This document shows positions 51,155-64,000 of a stretch of 64,000 nt of DNA, piece by piece. The notes under the pieces were generated by a model that saw only the letters and a list, made by a program, of their open reading frames with translations, did not search any database and was not told the origin of the DNA. The translations under genes and the position numbers were made by a program. Source of the stretch: Chlorokybus atmophyticus (taxonomy: Eukaryota; Plantae; Mesostigma and Chlorokybus algae); NCBI GenBank assembly GCA_009103225.1, contig RHPI01002823.1, positions 783,797-847,796 on the forward strand, in the 5' to 3' direction. The stretch's first letter is position 1. Each line of letters opens with the position of its first letter.

Positions 51155-52868
51155 GTGTCGCGTGATCCGGGGGACAACTTGTGGACCGAGTTGTTTTCAA
51201 AAGTCATAACAACGAATTTGCAAACAACTGAATCGGGAAGTTTTTAAAGTACAGCATCATTTGGATTGGATGATGAATGATCTACACAAGATTGCAGACA
51301 ACTTTGAATCTGTTATGTCAACTTCTAGTATAATGTGTCCATTATTCAATCACCACGTAGTGTGTGTCGGTAAACTTTATCGTCTTAACAATGTTGCGTT
51401 ATATCATCTTTTTAGATTTTGTTGTTGATATTTTCCATATGTATTGGCAAACCTTTGCCATCTACAGCATACAATGTTGCTGTACATTTTGCGTGATGCT
51501 CGTGTTTGCATTTTGCAAGGGATGCGTGCATTGAAGCATTCGATCACTAAATGCTTGGTGCACTTTACATTTATTACAAAGTTATATGCCAGCTCATCTT
51601 ATCAACGTGACGTTAAGGAGCCATTCAAACTTGCATGTAACATCATTATGATTTATTCAACATGTGATGCGTATCATGTAAGCTAGCATATTTGTGGCAA
51701 GCACTTGCGATTTATCCATGCAACCAACTCAATGTTATCGCGCATTCCGCAGAGGTTGCACATCCTTTTTTTATCCCTACTACGTTACGTGCGGCACTCG
51801 ACGTCTTCGGCAAATTTCACCAACTGCATGCTCGGTGCGCAGTAGACCGCTTCAGCCCACTGCGCATTGAATCAAAGAATTGGCGTTGGCCACCCGTGAG
51901 CAATGCCGGCTTGAACGCACGACGTACCGGATATACAAGCGGCGCATTAGACCGCTATGCCACAAAATGCAACACATACACCACTGTGATTACTGTAATT
52001 ATCAATTCACAACACCATTGCCGCAGACAACTATATAATGGTCTGATAACTTTGTTTACCCCGTCCGAGTCCTCGCTAGACTCCCCGACGCATAGCTTGG
52101 CCCAACTTCTTCGTTTCTGTTGGGGGGTTTAGGGCGATCAAAAAATCGGCCGAACGAGAGCTACATCCAAAAAGGGGTTGCACATGATAATAATTATAGC
52201 ACTCTCAGTCTAAGGCGCTGATTGCCATGACGGTCGAGTCTTTTTGTCCACAACTCCCCAAGCCATAGGCCGTGCGTTCGAATCTCGTCCCATCTGTGGC
52301 TTTGATGGTTGTAGAATACTAGCACTTTACATGCATGCACGCGCAATGAGCAGGAGCGTCTCACTGCGCGCCGAGTGGTTGGCAAATTTTGCCCAACACG
52401 TCGAGTGGCATATCCGCACAGCACACTTGTGTGAGTCCCTCGTCAGTTGTACAATGGTTCAAGCAAAATATGTGCATGTATGATTATCACACATACACAG
52501 TTACATTATAGGTTTTAAACATCAAGAAATACTATGTGTATGCATAACAACAGGTTGTGCGTGTTGGCAAACATTTTGCAACACTATGGCTTATAGTAGT
52601 AATAGATGTTCGTTAAAACACGCATATCACAACCTATAAAGGCTTGATGTTGGCAAAGTTCTGACAACATAGTAAATGCACCATGTGCGCTGTAACGTGA
52701 CACTTTATATCAGTAACATAAAGTAGTTGGCAAAGTATTGACAACAGCTTGCTCGCGGAGATGGCAAAGGTTTGACAACATGGGGGCAGCAGTTGTTGCG
52801 AGATTGCAAAAATTACCGCGTTTCATGAACAACATTTCCGTCCACAAGATGTCCCCCCGGAGCGACAC
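51155..52868. mobile_element. Degenerate element of about 1.7 kb bounded by imperfect terminal inverted repeats
   Basis: Left end GTGTCGCGTGATCCGGGGGACAACTTGTGGAC compared with the right-end reverse complement GTGTCGCTCCGGGGGGACATCTTGTGGAC. Weaker similarity extends about 70 bp. The interior is AT-rich with no clear gene. Confidence 0.55.
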
Positions 52869-53975
52869 TCTTTATGCACCTCTTGGAAACAGACAGCTGT
52901 GCGTGACCATTATTTGCTTGTAAATTGTTCGGTAATTTCATGTTGTATATATGTAATATATTGCTGCATTCATGCGTCTCACACTATGCCAATCATGCGC
53001 AGTCTCAAACATACAACCACACACCCATGGCAAACTTTATTCACAAGAGGGCCTGGCAAACGGCCTCACGCAACTAGCTAAATGCCAACCATGACGACAA
53101 CAGCAATTGCCATGACAAAACACAGTCAGGAAGACCGATTGGCAAGACCGGCTGGCTGTAACTGCGGGCAGGGCATGTATGCTATTGGCGGGGTTATTTC
53201 TTAGGTACAAAGTCTTATACATCACGAGCACACGCAAGGTGGAAGGGGGCTGTATCTTAAGCTTAAACTCTGTAACGACATTACCAACATTTTACATGGC
53301 TGAGTACTTATTATCACATTTGTATCTGCAACACTCTGTTAACAATAAAAAACCAGAAATGAAAGTTCAATAGCAATGTACTACTATGGTAAATGAAACA
53401 ACGTGCGAGTATTGCAGTATTGTACTATTAGCATTATGACCCATGCACTACAACAAGCCCTATCCAGAGTGCATAGTCTTGACCTATGCAGATTGCATCT
53501 TGCACTTTTAAGCTTTATGCAAAATATGTAAGAACTGGCCCATGCATGGTTCCCGGAAGGCCACAGTCAGACCTTGCCCACTTCTGCAAGGTTCTAATGT
53601 GGAGCGCTTGTCTTGCTGCTGCCAATGCTTGCCTAGGCGTGGTGCTGTTGGGCCCTCGCAACATGCCACTGTGACTTGCTGCTGCTATGCTTGCTTGCTG
53701 CCTTGATGCCACTAACAACTAACGGACACTGTGAGTTCAACTGTGCAGCAAACTCTACCACTGCTAGCTTGCGTTGTTGTATGTGATGATGTGATGTGTT
53801 GTTGTTGTACTGGTAGCTAGTGTCCCATTAGTGTTGTTGCATATGACAAGACCTATACCACCTTTAGCCGCACATCACTGCGAAAGCCACCAGCAAGTGC
53901 TGCACAGATCCATGCTATGTTGGCATCCCCTATCCACAACCGCTAACTGACGCGCTGGACACAAAGCATTCCCTC

Positions 53976-56811
53976 TCACTCATCACTTGGAAAGAAGTTG
54001 CCCAGAAACTCTCCCCAACCGCCTCCCCCTTCATCATCCCCGCCATCGCCCATGTCATCGCCGTCATCGCTATCGCGATCATCAGGCCTCTCGTAGTCAT
54101 CGCCTCGCCATTCATCGCCCCATGCACCGCCAGAGGGATTCCCAAAGCCATACCCGCCGGCATCAGGGTTATCACCACCACTAGGGCCAGGAGCACCCTC
54201 AGGACTTGACCCAGGTTGCCCTGCGCCAACATCTGCTGCTGCACCTGCTCCTGCTGCTGCACCTGCTGCTCCTGCGCCTGCTTCTGCGCCGGTTTCACCC
54301 TCAGGCCTGGCTTCGCCTCCGCCGAGGGGGATGGGTATAGGCATGAAGCCGCCGTGCATGCCGGAATGCCGTGAAAAGAAGTCATAGTCCACCTGTCAAG
54401 ATAACCATAGCCTCTTACTACATGGGCTTGGAACTCCACATGTGCACAACTTGAGTGTCCACATGTGTCAGGTGCGTATGTGCACATGTGCCCTGACCCT
54501 TGTCAGCATACTCAACCGGAGGGTCCCGTACAGACACAATATGCACATAACAACATACCGTGATGGCTGCTGCCAGAATCAAGGAGCGCTCAGCCAGGGT
54601 GGTAGCGCGAGCCTGCATGAGTTGGGTTGCACCTGTTGCCGATGTTACCACTGCGCCCTCGGATGTTGTGGATGCGTCATTCACAGTGGAAGCAGCTGCA
54701 GATGCGCTGGTTACAGCTGGCCTTGCCTCGCTCTTGCGTAACTCGGCTTCCTGATGAATGCCCATTGTGACGACATATGTCAGCGCGGCTAACTAACTAG
54801 TGAGAACCTTTAAGCAGAGTTAGCTCAGTCCATTGCCTTACCGGTTCATGCACAAGCCTGCCTTCCTCGCCTGTGCTAGCAACTCTGTCGCCGAGATGAA
54901 CAACATAGCAGCCTGCATCTGTGAACAGCTCCCGACCAAAGTTGGACCAGTTTCTGCGTTAAACAATGAGTTACTACGAGCGCAGTGCTCATTAGCAGCA
55001 ACAGGAACACCAGTCTTCATACCTATTGATGACAGCAAGCGGCTGGCCATGCTGATCTTGCACTTCAAACTCCCATGTTAAAAACCCGCCATCTATCGAG
55101 CCGAACTGCTGCTTGTTGAAGTACATATCGTATTTTCTTCGGATAGGATGCCAGCGCTGCATAATCTCTCCCACAACGGTACCTTGCGGATCTTCAACAT
55201 ACATGCGACTGTTGATGAGCTTGACTGGCCTTCGCACTCGGAAAATGACGTTGCCTGTGGCATCCATCACCGTTGATGTGAAGGGCCTGTAAGCGACCAA
55301 CAACATGAGCAAGAGATACAGGATCAACGGGTCTTCAGCATGGCATGCATCCTGTGCATGCAATGCTGAAGAACCTTGCAGCCTTGCAACATGGTGTGAG
55401 CCTCACCTGCGACGTGCGAGCAGCTGACGTCCTACGGCTGTGGCTATGGACCCTTGCTCCTCGGCAATGAGCCCTACAACCTGTCCGGTCTCATCGCAGA
55501 TAGTGTATCTGGTCGCGTGCTCAAACCCAAGAACAACATTGCCCCACTCCACACCACGCGTCACAACAAGCGCAGGTCTGGCCACAATTGTTGCTAATGC
55601 CGCCTGCAAACCATGAGATGCTTAGGCTTTCAGCGAGCATGCACAGTAAACACTAAAGCTCATTGGTTCAATAGAATCACTTGCAATTGAACTACATGTT
55701 GCACTTGCCTCCTGCTCAGTTGCAGTTTCAACAGGTAGGGGTGGAGGGGGTGCAGTGGCAGGCAGATGCGAGAGGGCTGTGTTTAGTGTTGGACTTGATG
55801 GGTCGGAAGTCGCGGGCGTTGGTGTTGAGGCAGCACTGCTCGGCGCAGCATCCCTTGCCCTTGCAGCCCCAGCCTGCCTGCGCGCTGCAGCAATCCTCTT
55901 TCGCCTCTCTGCTGACGACAACAATCGCCTGCGGATAGCTGCTTGTTCCTGCACGCTTACCAAAACATGTAAACAACACTGCCGTCACGGCACGCACGAG
56001 CATGCATGCGCATACACATGCAACCACGCGTGTATGTGTGCACGTTTACACAGCGAGAGCGCGCACAGAGTGTATAACCTTGCTGAGCACTTTTTTCGAA
56101 AACACAATAACTTGCAGGACTGTATGCATCAACTATCCATGATCTGTTTCTACACACAGAGACACAAACGCTCACCTCTTCGCTCAACGCTGCTGAAGCG
56201 AATGTGCGACACGAAGTGGAAGCCGTGTTGCTGTCGTGCAGTGCATGCCAGGAGAAGTTGCCGTCTGCATAGTGACTGCTGCAGGCGGCAGCCGCGCGTG
56301 CAAGCTGATCTGTGCTGTGTTTGCTCTGACGAGCTGAACCTTCATATCGCTGCCGTCAAGTAGTGGAGGTCAGTCATGCAGAACAATGGCATATAGCATC
56401 CAATGACAATCAAAACAAATTGTTCACTGTTGAGGCTGTACAGGCAGAAAGAACAACATATGGCTGTCCGATTTTTGTTCATGAGCCTCAAACAAGAAGC
56501 GTGTAGGGCTTTCTGGCGTAAAATAGCTCTTTGATGGGTTTTCTTTCTGTGCTAGTAAAGTACAAGTAACGCGTGTCTTGTTACACTGCAATCAATGAAG
56601 GTGGGTTGTTTGAGAAGTTGAATGATGTTTAAAATGGAATACGTGATGAAATGACTAATCACAAGACAACGCCACAAGCATATCTGTCTTACTAGTAGTA
56701 ATAAGTCACCATGCACCAAGAATCCTCTCTGTTAGCCTTTGGACAACCACACCAGCAACAGCTGCGAACCTGAAGCAACCTTAAATGCCTGCGCAGCGCC
56801 CTCCACGCCAT
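53976..56811 (-). CDS. Phospholipid scramblase family protein, probably mitochondrial (Aim25-like)
   Basis: Presequence-like MAWRALRRHLRLLQ...RTFASAA; RPALVVTRGVEWGNVVLGFEHATRY, VRRPVKLINS, QRWHPIRRKYDMY, GGFLTWEFEV, INR|NWSNFGRELFTDAG, ERSLILAAAIT|VDYDFFSRHS and an acidic Gly-rich tail. Confidence 0.88.
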
Positions 56812-56823
56812 CCCCCCCCCGCC

Positions 56824-56909
56824 NNNNNNNNNNNNNNNNNNNNNNNNNNNNNNNNNNNNNNNNNNNNNNNNNNNNNNNNNNNNNNNNNNNNNNNNNNNNN
56901 NNNNNNNNN
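56824..56909. other. Assembly gap (86 N) flanked by C runs
   Basis: Directly visible. Confidence 0.99.
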
Positions 56910-57687
56910 GCCCGCCCCCCCCCTCCTCCGGCGCCGGAGACACCGCTGACGCCCTCGCCGCCAACCACACGCACGACGCCAGCAACAAAGTCCCAATTTC
57001 AGCGTCACGCATTGACATCACTGCGTGGTGCATGACGCACATCAAGTGACGAGTGACGGTCACGTAAGAGCGATGCGGATAAGCTTTTATTATTAAAGCT
57101 AACTGGAAGATGTCGTTGATATCCAGACCTATTGTCAATATCCGCTGAATTGTTGCAGACATCAATAATATTCGTATCTCAGCAGGTAAAAAACACGCTA
57201 ATGACGTAACGGAAGCGTGTTTCGGTACGTATCGCAAGCGTGTTCCGAATTTGCAGCTGAGCGCGCAGCCAGCTGGCACTTACTCTCTGCGGCATTCTGG
57301 GCGGATTGTCGCCCGCCGTCGCCGCCGCCGCCGACGACGACGACTGCGGCAGGGAAGAAGGTGAGGAGGTCGTCTGTCATTCATCAAGCCATGGTGATCA
57401 AATCATTCACGGCGCATTGCTGGCTTACGTCGCTTGCTGCCGCATTACTTCGCTTGCTTGCTGTCCCGCTGCTTGAGGCGGCTTCATGCTTGAGGTTCAA
57501 TCGCAGGCAGCAGATTTAGCTAGCAAGCATTGCTGTGCTGTGCGTGTTGCTCTCACCTTTTTGCTTGCTGGCTCGTCTAGCTGTCCTGTCGACAGGCGTG
57601 CATTGCCTGCTGTGCTTTAAGCTTCAAACATGTCGCCTAGGAGCTGTTGTTGGCATGGTGCTGCAGGTGTTTCTGTCGTGAAGCAAC

Positions 57688-60600
57688 ATGGCGGCGACGG
57701 CGTGGGCGACGGGTGTTTATGTGAGGCACCAATGGGAGAGACCTTCCAAGCAGCTGGGAGGGGGTGCAGGAGTGAGGAACAGCTCCGCTGCGTCTTGCGG
57801 CGTTGCGCAAGCGTTGTCGCAGCGGGAAGACCGCCGCGTGGCCGAGTACAAGCGCAGCTACTACGAGAGCCTCACGCGATCCGCGCTGACAGCAAGCAAG
57901 CAGCCCTCCCTTCAATGGTGTGACTACCAGAGTCCCCGCATTTACAGGTGAGCTCACCTATAATCTCCTTGGTAAATACACCCACTCACCCCCGCGTGCC
58001 TCCCCGCCAAACTGTAATACACATGCGCTATGTGTGCGCAGCAATGTGCATGCAGCTGCCCCCGCCGCCAGCATCCGTTCGAGTTGCAAATGAAACTTAC
58101 CCACACATAAGCCGCACGCACCAGTTTTTGGTCATTCAAGCTTATAGCAACGCATGCGTTAGAATATATGAAGCTTGGGTAGTTGATATGCTTGGCCGAT
58201 TCAGCTGTGTCTCAAGCTACCTCGCTTGGTGTGACTGGCAGCTGACAGGCAGCTGGTACTGGCATCGGGCAAGCGTGCGTGTAAGGCAGCATGTGGAACA
58301 GTTGTGGCAACAAGTCAGCCCACACTGAGGATCGTACTACACCACACACCACTAGATTGGGTATATACGTCGCTAACCACAAAGGAAGCACGCAAGACAG
58401 CCTTTTGCATTTGTTACTGCATTTGTTAATTGCATGCAACTATATTGCAGTTCACCACGTGACTACCAACTGAGTTCAATTTTGAGCACGGTGCGTCCCT
58501 ATGGACTGGGCAGCAACCAGCCCATTGCGTAAGTGACATTTGTTGCTCAGTCATATAAAGAAGTGGTGGAGCGGTGGTCAACGCTTCATCACATTACCTA
58601 ACACAGTTAACTTCGGTAGTTGCTTAACACCTTGACATTTTACAGGCGAGATCAAGCAAACCGCACCGGCCTCATCTTGGTTGCACGCGCAGCAACTGGT
58701 GAGGCAGACACGGATGTGGACAACAAGATGGACTTGGCGCGCGCTGAGATGCGCGAATGGTGAGTGCCTTGCACAATTGTTGTCTTTAATTGCACACTCA
58801 CAATGTACATCTGTTTGTTTCACAACTATGTTGGGACCTGGTTGGTCAATCGCTCATGTTGGGGGTGGAGGTTCTGCTGCTGGGTTACAAGTTCTGCTCG
58901 TGTTTGCATGCCCAAATGAAACGTATATCATCGAGCACAGCAACTTGAACGCATTCCAGTACCAGTTATTGTCGTCAACCTTCTAGGCCTGAAGGGCAGT
59001 CAACACCGCGTTGACTGCAGCTTGTCATGTTGACCACACTGTCAAGACCTCAATACAGCCATGTCCATGTGAATGGCGGGCCTGCTTGTTTGTTGAGGTT
59101 TTCTTTGAGAGAGCATGGTGCATGTAGGCAGCCTGCACAAACGATATGCACATATGGTCTGCAGTGTTCAAGGAGCGGGGGATGTACCTGTTTCCTTGTA
59201 CTGAACACAATGACGCAAGTAACCCAATGGCCCATGCAGTCGAATTGCCGATGGCGCCGATCAGAGCATGTTGTATGGCAGAGTCAGCTGCATGTTGTTC
59301 TTTTTGTTGTCTGCTGTGTTTATTTGATGTGATGTTTTGTTGCCACAAAAAGCATCTAGTGGTACATGCACAGCACTGCTTTGCTTGCTGCATGTGTCAA
59401 GCATGACTCATCTTTGTGTATTGACACTGGACAGGTGGGCGCAGCAGCAAGCCAAGAAGGCTGCTTCTTCATCCAGCGCCAGCAGGCAAGCACTGGTCAA
59501 CTCTGGTTCTGTGTGTGCATGCAATTGCGATGCAGAGGAACAACATCAGTGACACTTTCTCAGCGTGGATACCGCAAGCACCAACGGGACGGCGCAGGCT
59601 GTGACCGGTGAGGCAGATGCGGACGTTATCAAGAAGATGGATCAAGCACGGGCTGAGATGCGCGAATGGTGAGTGCGTTGATGTGTGTGTCGTGGATGCA
59701 GATACAGTTGCTGCACACATAAAGTAGGACTTCCACTTGCTTAACCTCTTGAGCGGGCCTGGTTGCAAGCTCGGCTGATAGCTGCATGAGCAGACAATAA
59801 ACTTGTAGCGCATCCGTTCATCAGGTTGGTGTTACAGCCTTATACTACCTGATGAATGAGTAAACTCCAGATGAGTAGCGGCCGCATAGGCCCGATGCCG
59901 TGGCAATGCAAAGACAGCTGCGATATAATGTGTACCAGCTGCGTGTGGATGTTGCACAACGCATGTTTCATGTTCACAAGCAGCCCCGGGCTAAATAAGC
60001 ACCACAGTACACGACTATTACGGTCATCACTGCTGGTGACATCTATGAAGTACGGGTTGTTGAGCTGTCTATGCCGTTGCTGGACAGGTGGTCGCAGCAG
60101 CAGGCGAGTAAGGCTGCTTCCGCATCCACCGCACAGCCCATTGCGTAAGTGACTTGCCATGCCATGCCATGCCTGCTCATTGCGAGCCAGCAGGCTAACA
60201 CTAGTCACAATCCTGCTTGGCTGTGCACTCGCATGCGCTTGTGTGACTTACTTGTTTCAATATTAAAGCATAACATTTTCCATGCTGTCTCAGGGTGGAC
60301 AATGCAGAAATAACGGGTGAAAACGAGGAGGCAGATGCGGAGGTTATCAAGAAGATGGACCAAGCGCGTGCTGAGATGCGCGAATGGTGAGTGCCTTGAA
60401 GTATTTGTCGTGCATGCAGTTACCCCTTGCAAGATGATTTGGACTGCGTACTCGCTCAGTCTCTGTTATGGCCTGGGTACCACATGGCCGACAGCTGCAT
60501 GAGCAAACATAAAACATTGTACAGACATGTTTGCAAACTCATAAACAAGCAGACTCAGTAGTAGTTGCCGCATAGGCCGAAGCTGATGTTAGACTTTTAT

Positions 60601-63600
60601 ATTTCGGTATCAGTCAGGTAGCATGCATTCTCATCGCTACACAGGTGACAGTGATGATCGCATCCTGCAGTCCCGTTGTGATACAACTTGTGGACAAGTA
60701 CCAAGTGCTGGAAGCTCATTCTTGTTTGTTGCTGGACAGGTGGTCGCAGCAGCAGGCGAAGAAGGCTGCTTCTGCATCCAGCGCACAGCCCAGCACGTAA
60801 GTGACTTGTGCCGCTTGTGTCCATTATGTGGGCGGGCACTCCACCACTGGTCAAGTCTGCATGGCTGCGTGGCTGCATGCGCATACCACAACATGGGCCC
60901 ATCCTGTTGTTGGAATTATTACATGCAATGCATAAAATCTGCAATGCTCCAGGGTGGTCAATGCAGACACAAATGGCGCAAGCGAGGTACTGGCGGCAGA
61001 CGCTGCAACCAGCGAGGCAGATGCGGACGTTATCAAGAAGATGGACCAAGCGCGTGCTGAGATGCGCGAATGGTAAGTGCCCTGCATGCGGATGCATTCA
61101 ATGTTATACAGCACATGACGTGCAAACTGTCATGGCTCGGTTATGAGCATTGCTGGTTATATATGAAATCACTGAGCACAGTACCACACCCAAATCAACA
61201 GTTAGTGCATTTGAATGATGAACAGCTGCATACGCTCACTGGGTTGCTCACGACCAGCCGTTAATGTGATGTACTTGGTCACGACATCACTCAACACGAT
61301 GTGTATGGGTCTGCTGCGTGTGTGACATGTCCGTGCATTGGCATAATGAAACCAGGTAGTTTTTTGGTGTAGCCTGCTATGTGCAATGCATTGACGGCCC
61401 TGGTTGGGTTGGATTACACCAAACTGTGCCCATGTAATGTGAGTCAGTCACTTAGGCCCTTGCAGAGGTGCAGGGATATGTCTGATGCCTTGCACAGCAA
61501 TGCTCAGCGACAGCTTGCACTCAAGAACTTGTAGTGGGGCGTTCGTGCACATGATCAGGTTTGTAGTTGTGTGCACAAACATATCAATTGACAGGTGGAT
61601 GCAGCAGCAGGCGAACAAGACCGCCAGCAAACCTCAAGCAGTATCAAGCACACAGCTTGATGGGTAAGCGACATGCTAAGCTCATGCCTTGTCATCAGGC
61701 ATTCAACTGGGGGTTGACTGGGCATGACTCTCTCTACTCTCTCTTCCTCCTACCTGTATGCACGTCACACATGCATAGTTGCACAACGTCCCCGGCATCT
61801 TTATAGGGTGGACAATACAAAGATTAACGGCGCCTCGGACATTCTGAAAAGCGCTGCGACCGACGAGACCGATCCTGCAGTCATTAAGAAGATGGACAAG
61901 GCTCGTGCTGAGATGCGCGAATGGTGAGTGGCTTGCAATACATCTGTGTTGGGAATGCATCCACTGAAGGACAGCAGCCACTTGGAAGCAGGCGCCTGGT
62001 TGCTTTGCGGGAGTCATGCACCAATCTTGTCACAGTTGAACGAGCTGTATGCATCAATGTGTGCATCAATTCCGCTTGGCATGACAAACACGCTAGGCCT
62101 CTGTCATCGATAAGGCTTGTGGAGCCACACGCTACGTCGTTGTCAGTTCAACTTCAATCACTGGTTGAGAGGCGCTGTACGTGTATGACACCTCTCAGCC
62201 AGTGATGTCCAGATGCATGCAGATTCTTCCTGCTTCCCAAATTGCATGTTCCGGAGTGTAGCGCAAGTCCGTGAAGCCTCCATAGGTTGTTGTAGTCAGT
62301 GTGAGTCAGTGCATCTGGTTGCAAGTGCAAAGCGTAAAGCGCTGGACATGGTCTAACATTTGCTGGCCTTGCTCGGGGAAGGTGATGGTTGTTCTGTGAG
62401 TTGAGCCTGCCATGAAGCTTGTCATGCATAACGCTGTTTATGACTATCAAGTTGCATCAGACCTCTGTCCCCTATTGGACCCACCTCCGCCATTTCTGTG
62501 CGGGATGGTAACGTTAAGTCTGGTCTCTGGACAGGTGGATGATGCAGCAGGCGAAGAAAGCAGCCTCTGCTCCCAGCGCAAGCAAACCCAAGGCGCCTTC
62601 TCTGGACACTGTGGTTGCATCCGTCAAGTCTGCCGTGCAGGCTGCGAGCGAGAAGATATCGGAAGTCGTGAAGCCACCTTCAGCTGTGGAACAGCTGATT
62701 GAAGAGGAGGTAGTATCCTCGGGACCATCATATTATTCCACATGGCGTGCGGGTCAGGAGTGCATCGTTGCCTCGGGCCTTGTGCTAATGACTTGTGATC
62801 CTCCCAATAGGTTAGGGCGGCTATGCGGAGATATGCGGAGCAGAAGGTAGAAAGGGAGAGGATTGAAATGATGGAGATGGACAAGGCACGCGCAGAGATG
62901 CGACAGTGGTATGCACAAGGGTTGCAACTTGCCACTTTGTCTTGACGTGTTGGCATTATTAGGACATACCTTTGCTGTTCTTATTAGTATATGACTTGAA
63001 CGTGTGAAAACTGCAGGTGGGCTGAGAATCTTGCGGCCAGGCGGGCTCTGCGAGGATCCGTGTTCGGGTGGTGTCTCATCCCACGTGCTTATGAGGTGTC
63101 CCAGACAATGCATGGTCGTTCTGCATGTGCCCATGCATCCTTAGGGAATGTATAGCTCTGCAACAAACAGACTGTCCCATTTGTGGTGTGGTGTAATGTT
63201 GTGAGGCATCTATCGCAGTCGTAGCGTACACCACTGACCTTTGGGTTGGATTGACCATGTGATAGGTACGTGCGGAAGATCGTCCCGCTAATGCGCCGAT
63301 CATCCAAATCAAAGGGGCTGACTTCATCATCGGCGCTGCACCAACACTGGAGAAGGGCGAAGACGGATCCGCTGTCATTGATACTCCGAAGGTGTCCTCA
63401 AGGCACGCACGCATCATAGCAACAGATGTTGTTAAGCGCGGGGGTGAAATCGAGCGTGAGTTCTCCTTGGTGGACCTCAACAGCACAAACGGCACATGGA
63501 TCAACAGGTATGTCACCCTGTTCAACAATGGTTGTGCAGCAGTCTCAATATCACTTGTGCGTCCCCGGTTAACTGAACTTGCTTCATTCAACCTGCTCTA

Positions 63601-63942
63601 TAAACCCATCACAACTCCACTCTGGCACCTGGAATTGCATCCTCAACATGTAGCAATTCCGTACAACTAGCAGTGCGCTTCTCGCAACCGAAATCAATAT
63701 GACATGAAAATTGTCAAGGCAACATATATGTGAAATACGTGTAACTTCGGTGATGAGGTGTCTAGGGTGCATTGTGACAGTTGTCAAGCCGAGATTGCAT
63801 GCACTCATGCCGTAGCAACTCACAGTGATATTTGTTGAAGCGGTGCAGCGCTGAATGTTGTGAACATACACGCAGGTCGCGACTCCGACCAGGCGCAGCA
63901 GTAAAGTTGAGACCTGGGGATGTCATCATATTCGGGGACCAG
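57688..63942 (+). CDS. Protein with six repeated helices and a C-terminal FHA domain resembling the zeaxanthin epoxidase C-terminal module; continues past the window; N-terminus tentative
   Basis: Repeat exons at 58646-58759, 59564-59668, 60294-60386, 60953-61072, 61807-61923 and 62811-62908 each end in MD(L/Q/K)ARAEMR(E/Q)W. FHA exons at 63266-63507 and 63876-63942 read FIIG...VSSRHARI...LVDLNSTNGTWINR|SRLRPG...LRPGDVIIFGDQ. Confidence 0.85.
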
Positions 63943-64000
63943 GTACATTGTTTGTTCCTGCTGGCCGCTTTTGGTGAGCACGTGGTATTATGTGATGGTG

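Noticed and set aside
58646-62908. CRISPR-like or satellite array
   Set aside because: The repeats are spliced coding exons with GT/AG borders and mostly synonymous variation.

Overview
Eukaryotic nuclear DNA from a green-lineage organism, probably an alga: about 50% GC, many short GT-AG introns rich in CA/GT and GCAT repeats, plant-type AAACCCTA telo-boxes, standard genetic code. A streptophyte alga is an inference from the CASTOR/POLLUX, PCFS4-like and SRC2-like genes. The window is a draft scaffold with single-N joins at 5348, 23965 and 24680 and an N gap at 56824-56909. I read eleven protein-coding genes by hand: an Mpv17/PMP22 last exon, RRP9, a CASTOR/POLLUX-type channel, a secreted Ig-like protein, CSN4, CTF18, a PCF11 with two CID domains, two convergent C2/zinc-ribbon paralogues, a mitochondrial scramblase, and an FHA protein with six repeated helices. 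There is also one near-complete chromodomain Ty3/Gypsy element (6128-12989) and transposon debris (24.7-28 kb, 50-53 kb). The most unusual items are (1) the FHA protein, whose six exon-duplicated helices resemble the helix preceding the FHA domain of zeaxanthin epoxidase although no catalytic domain is present, and (2) the retroelement, which has a matching 5-bp TSD but non-matching LTRs, a tRNA-like Pol III cassette and an adenine-methyltransferase-like segment. Exon boundaries are manual. Family assignments rest on recalled motifs; no database searches were run.
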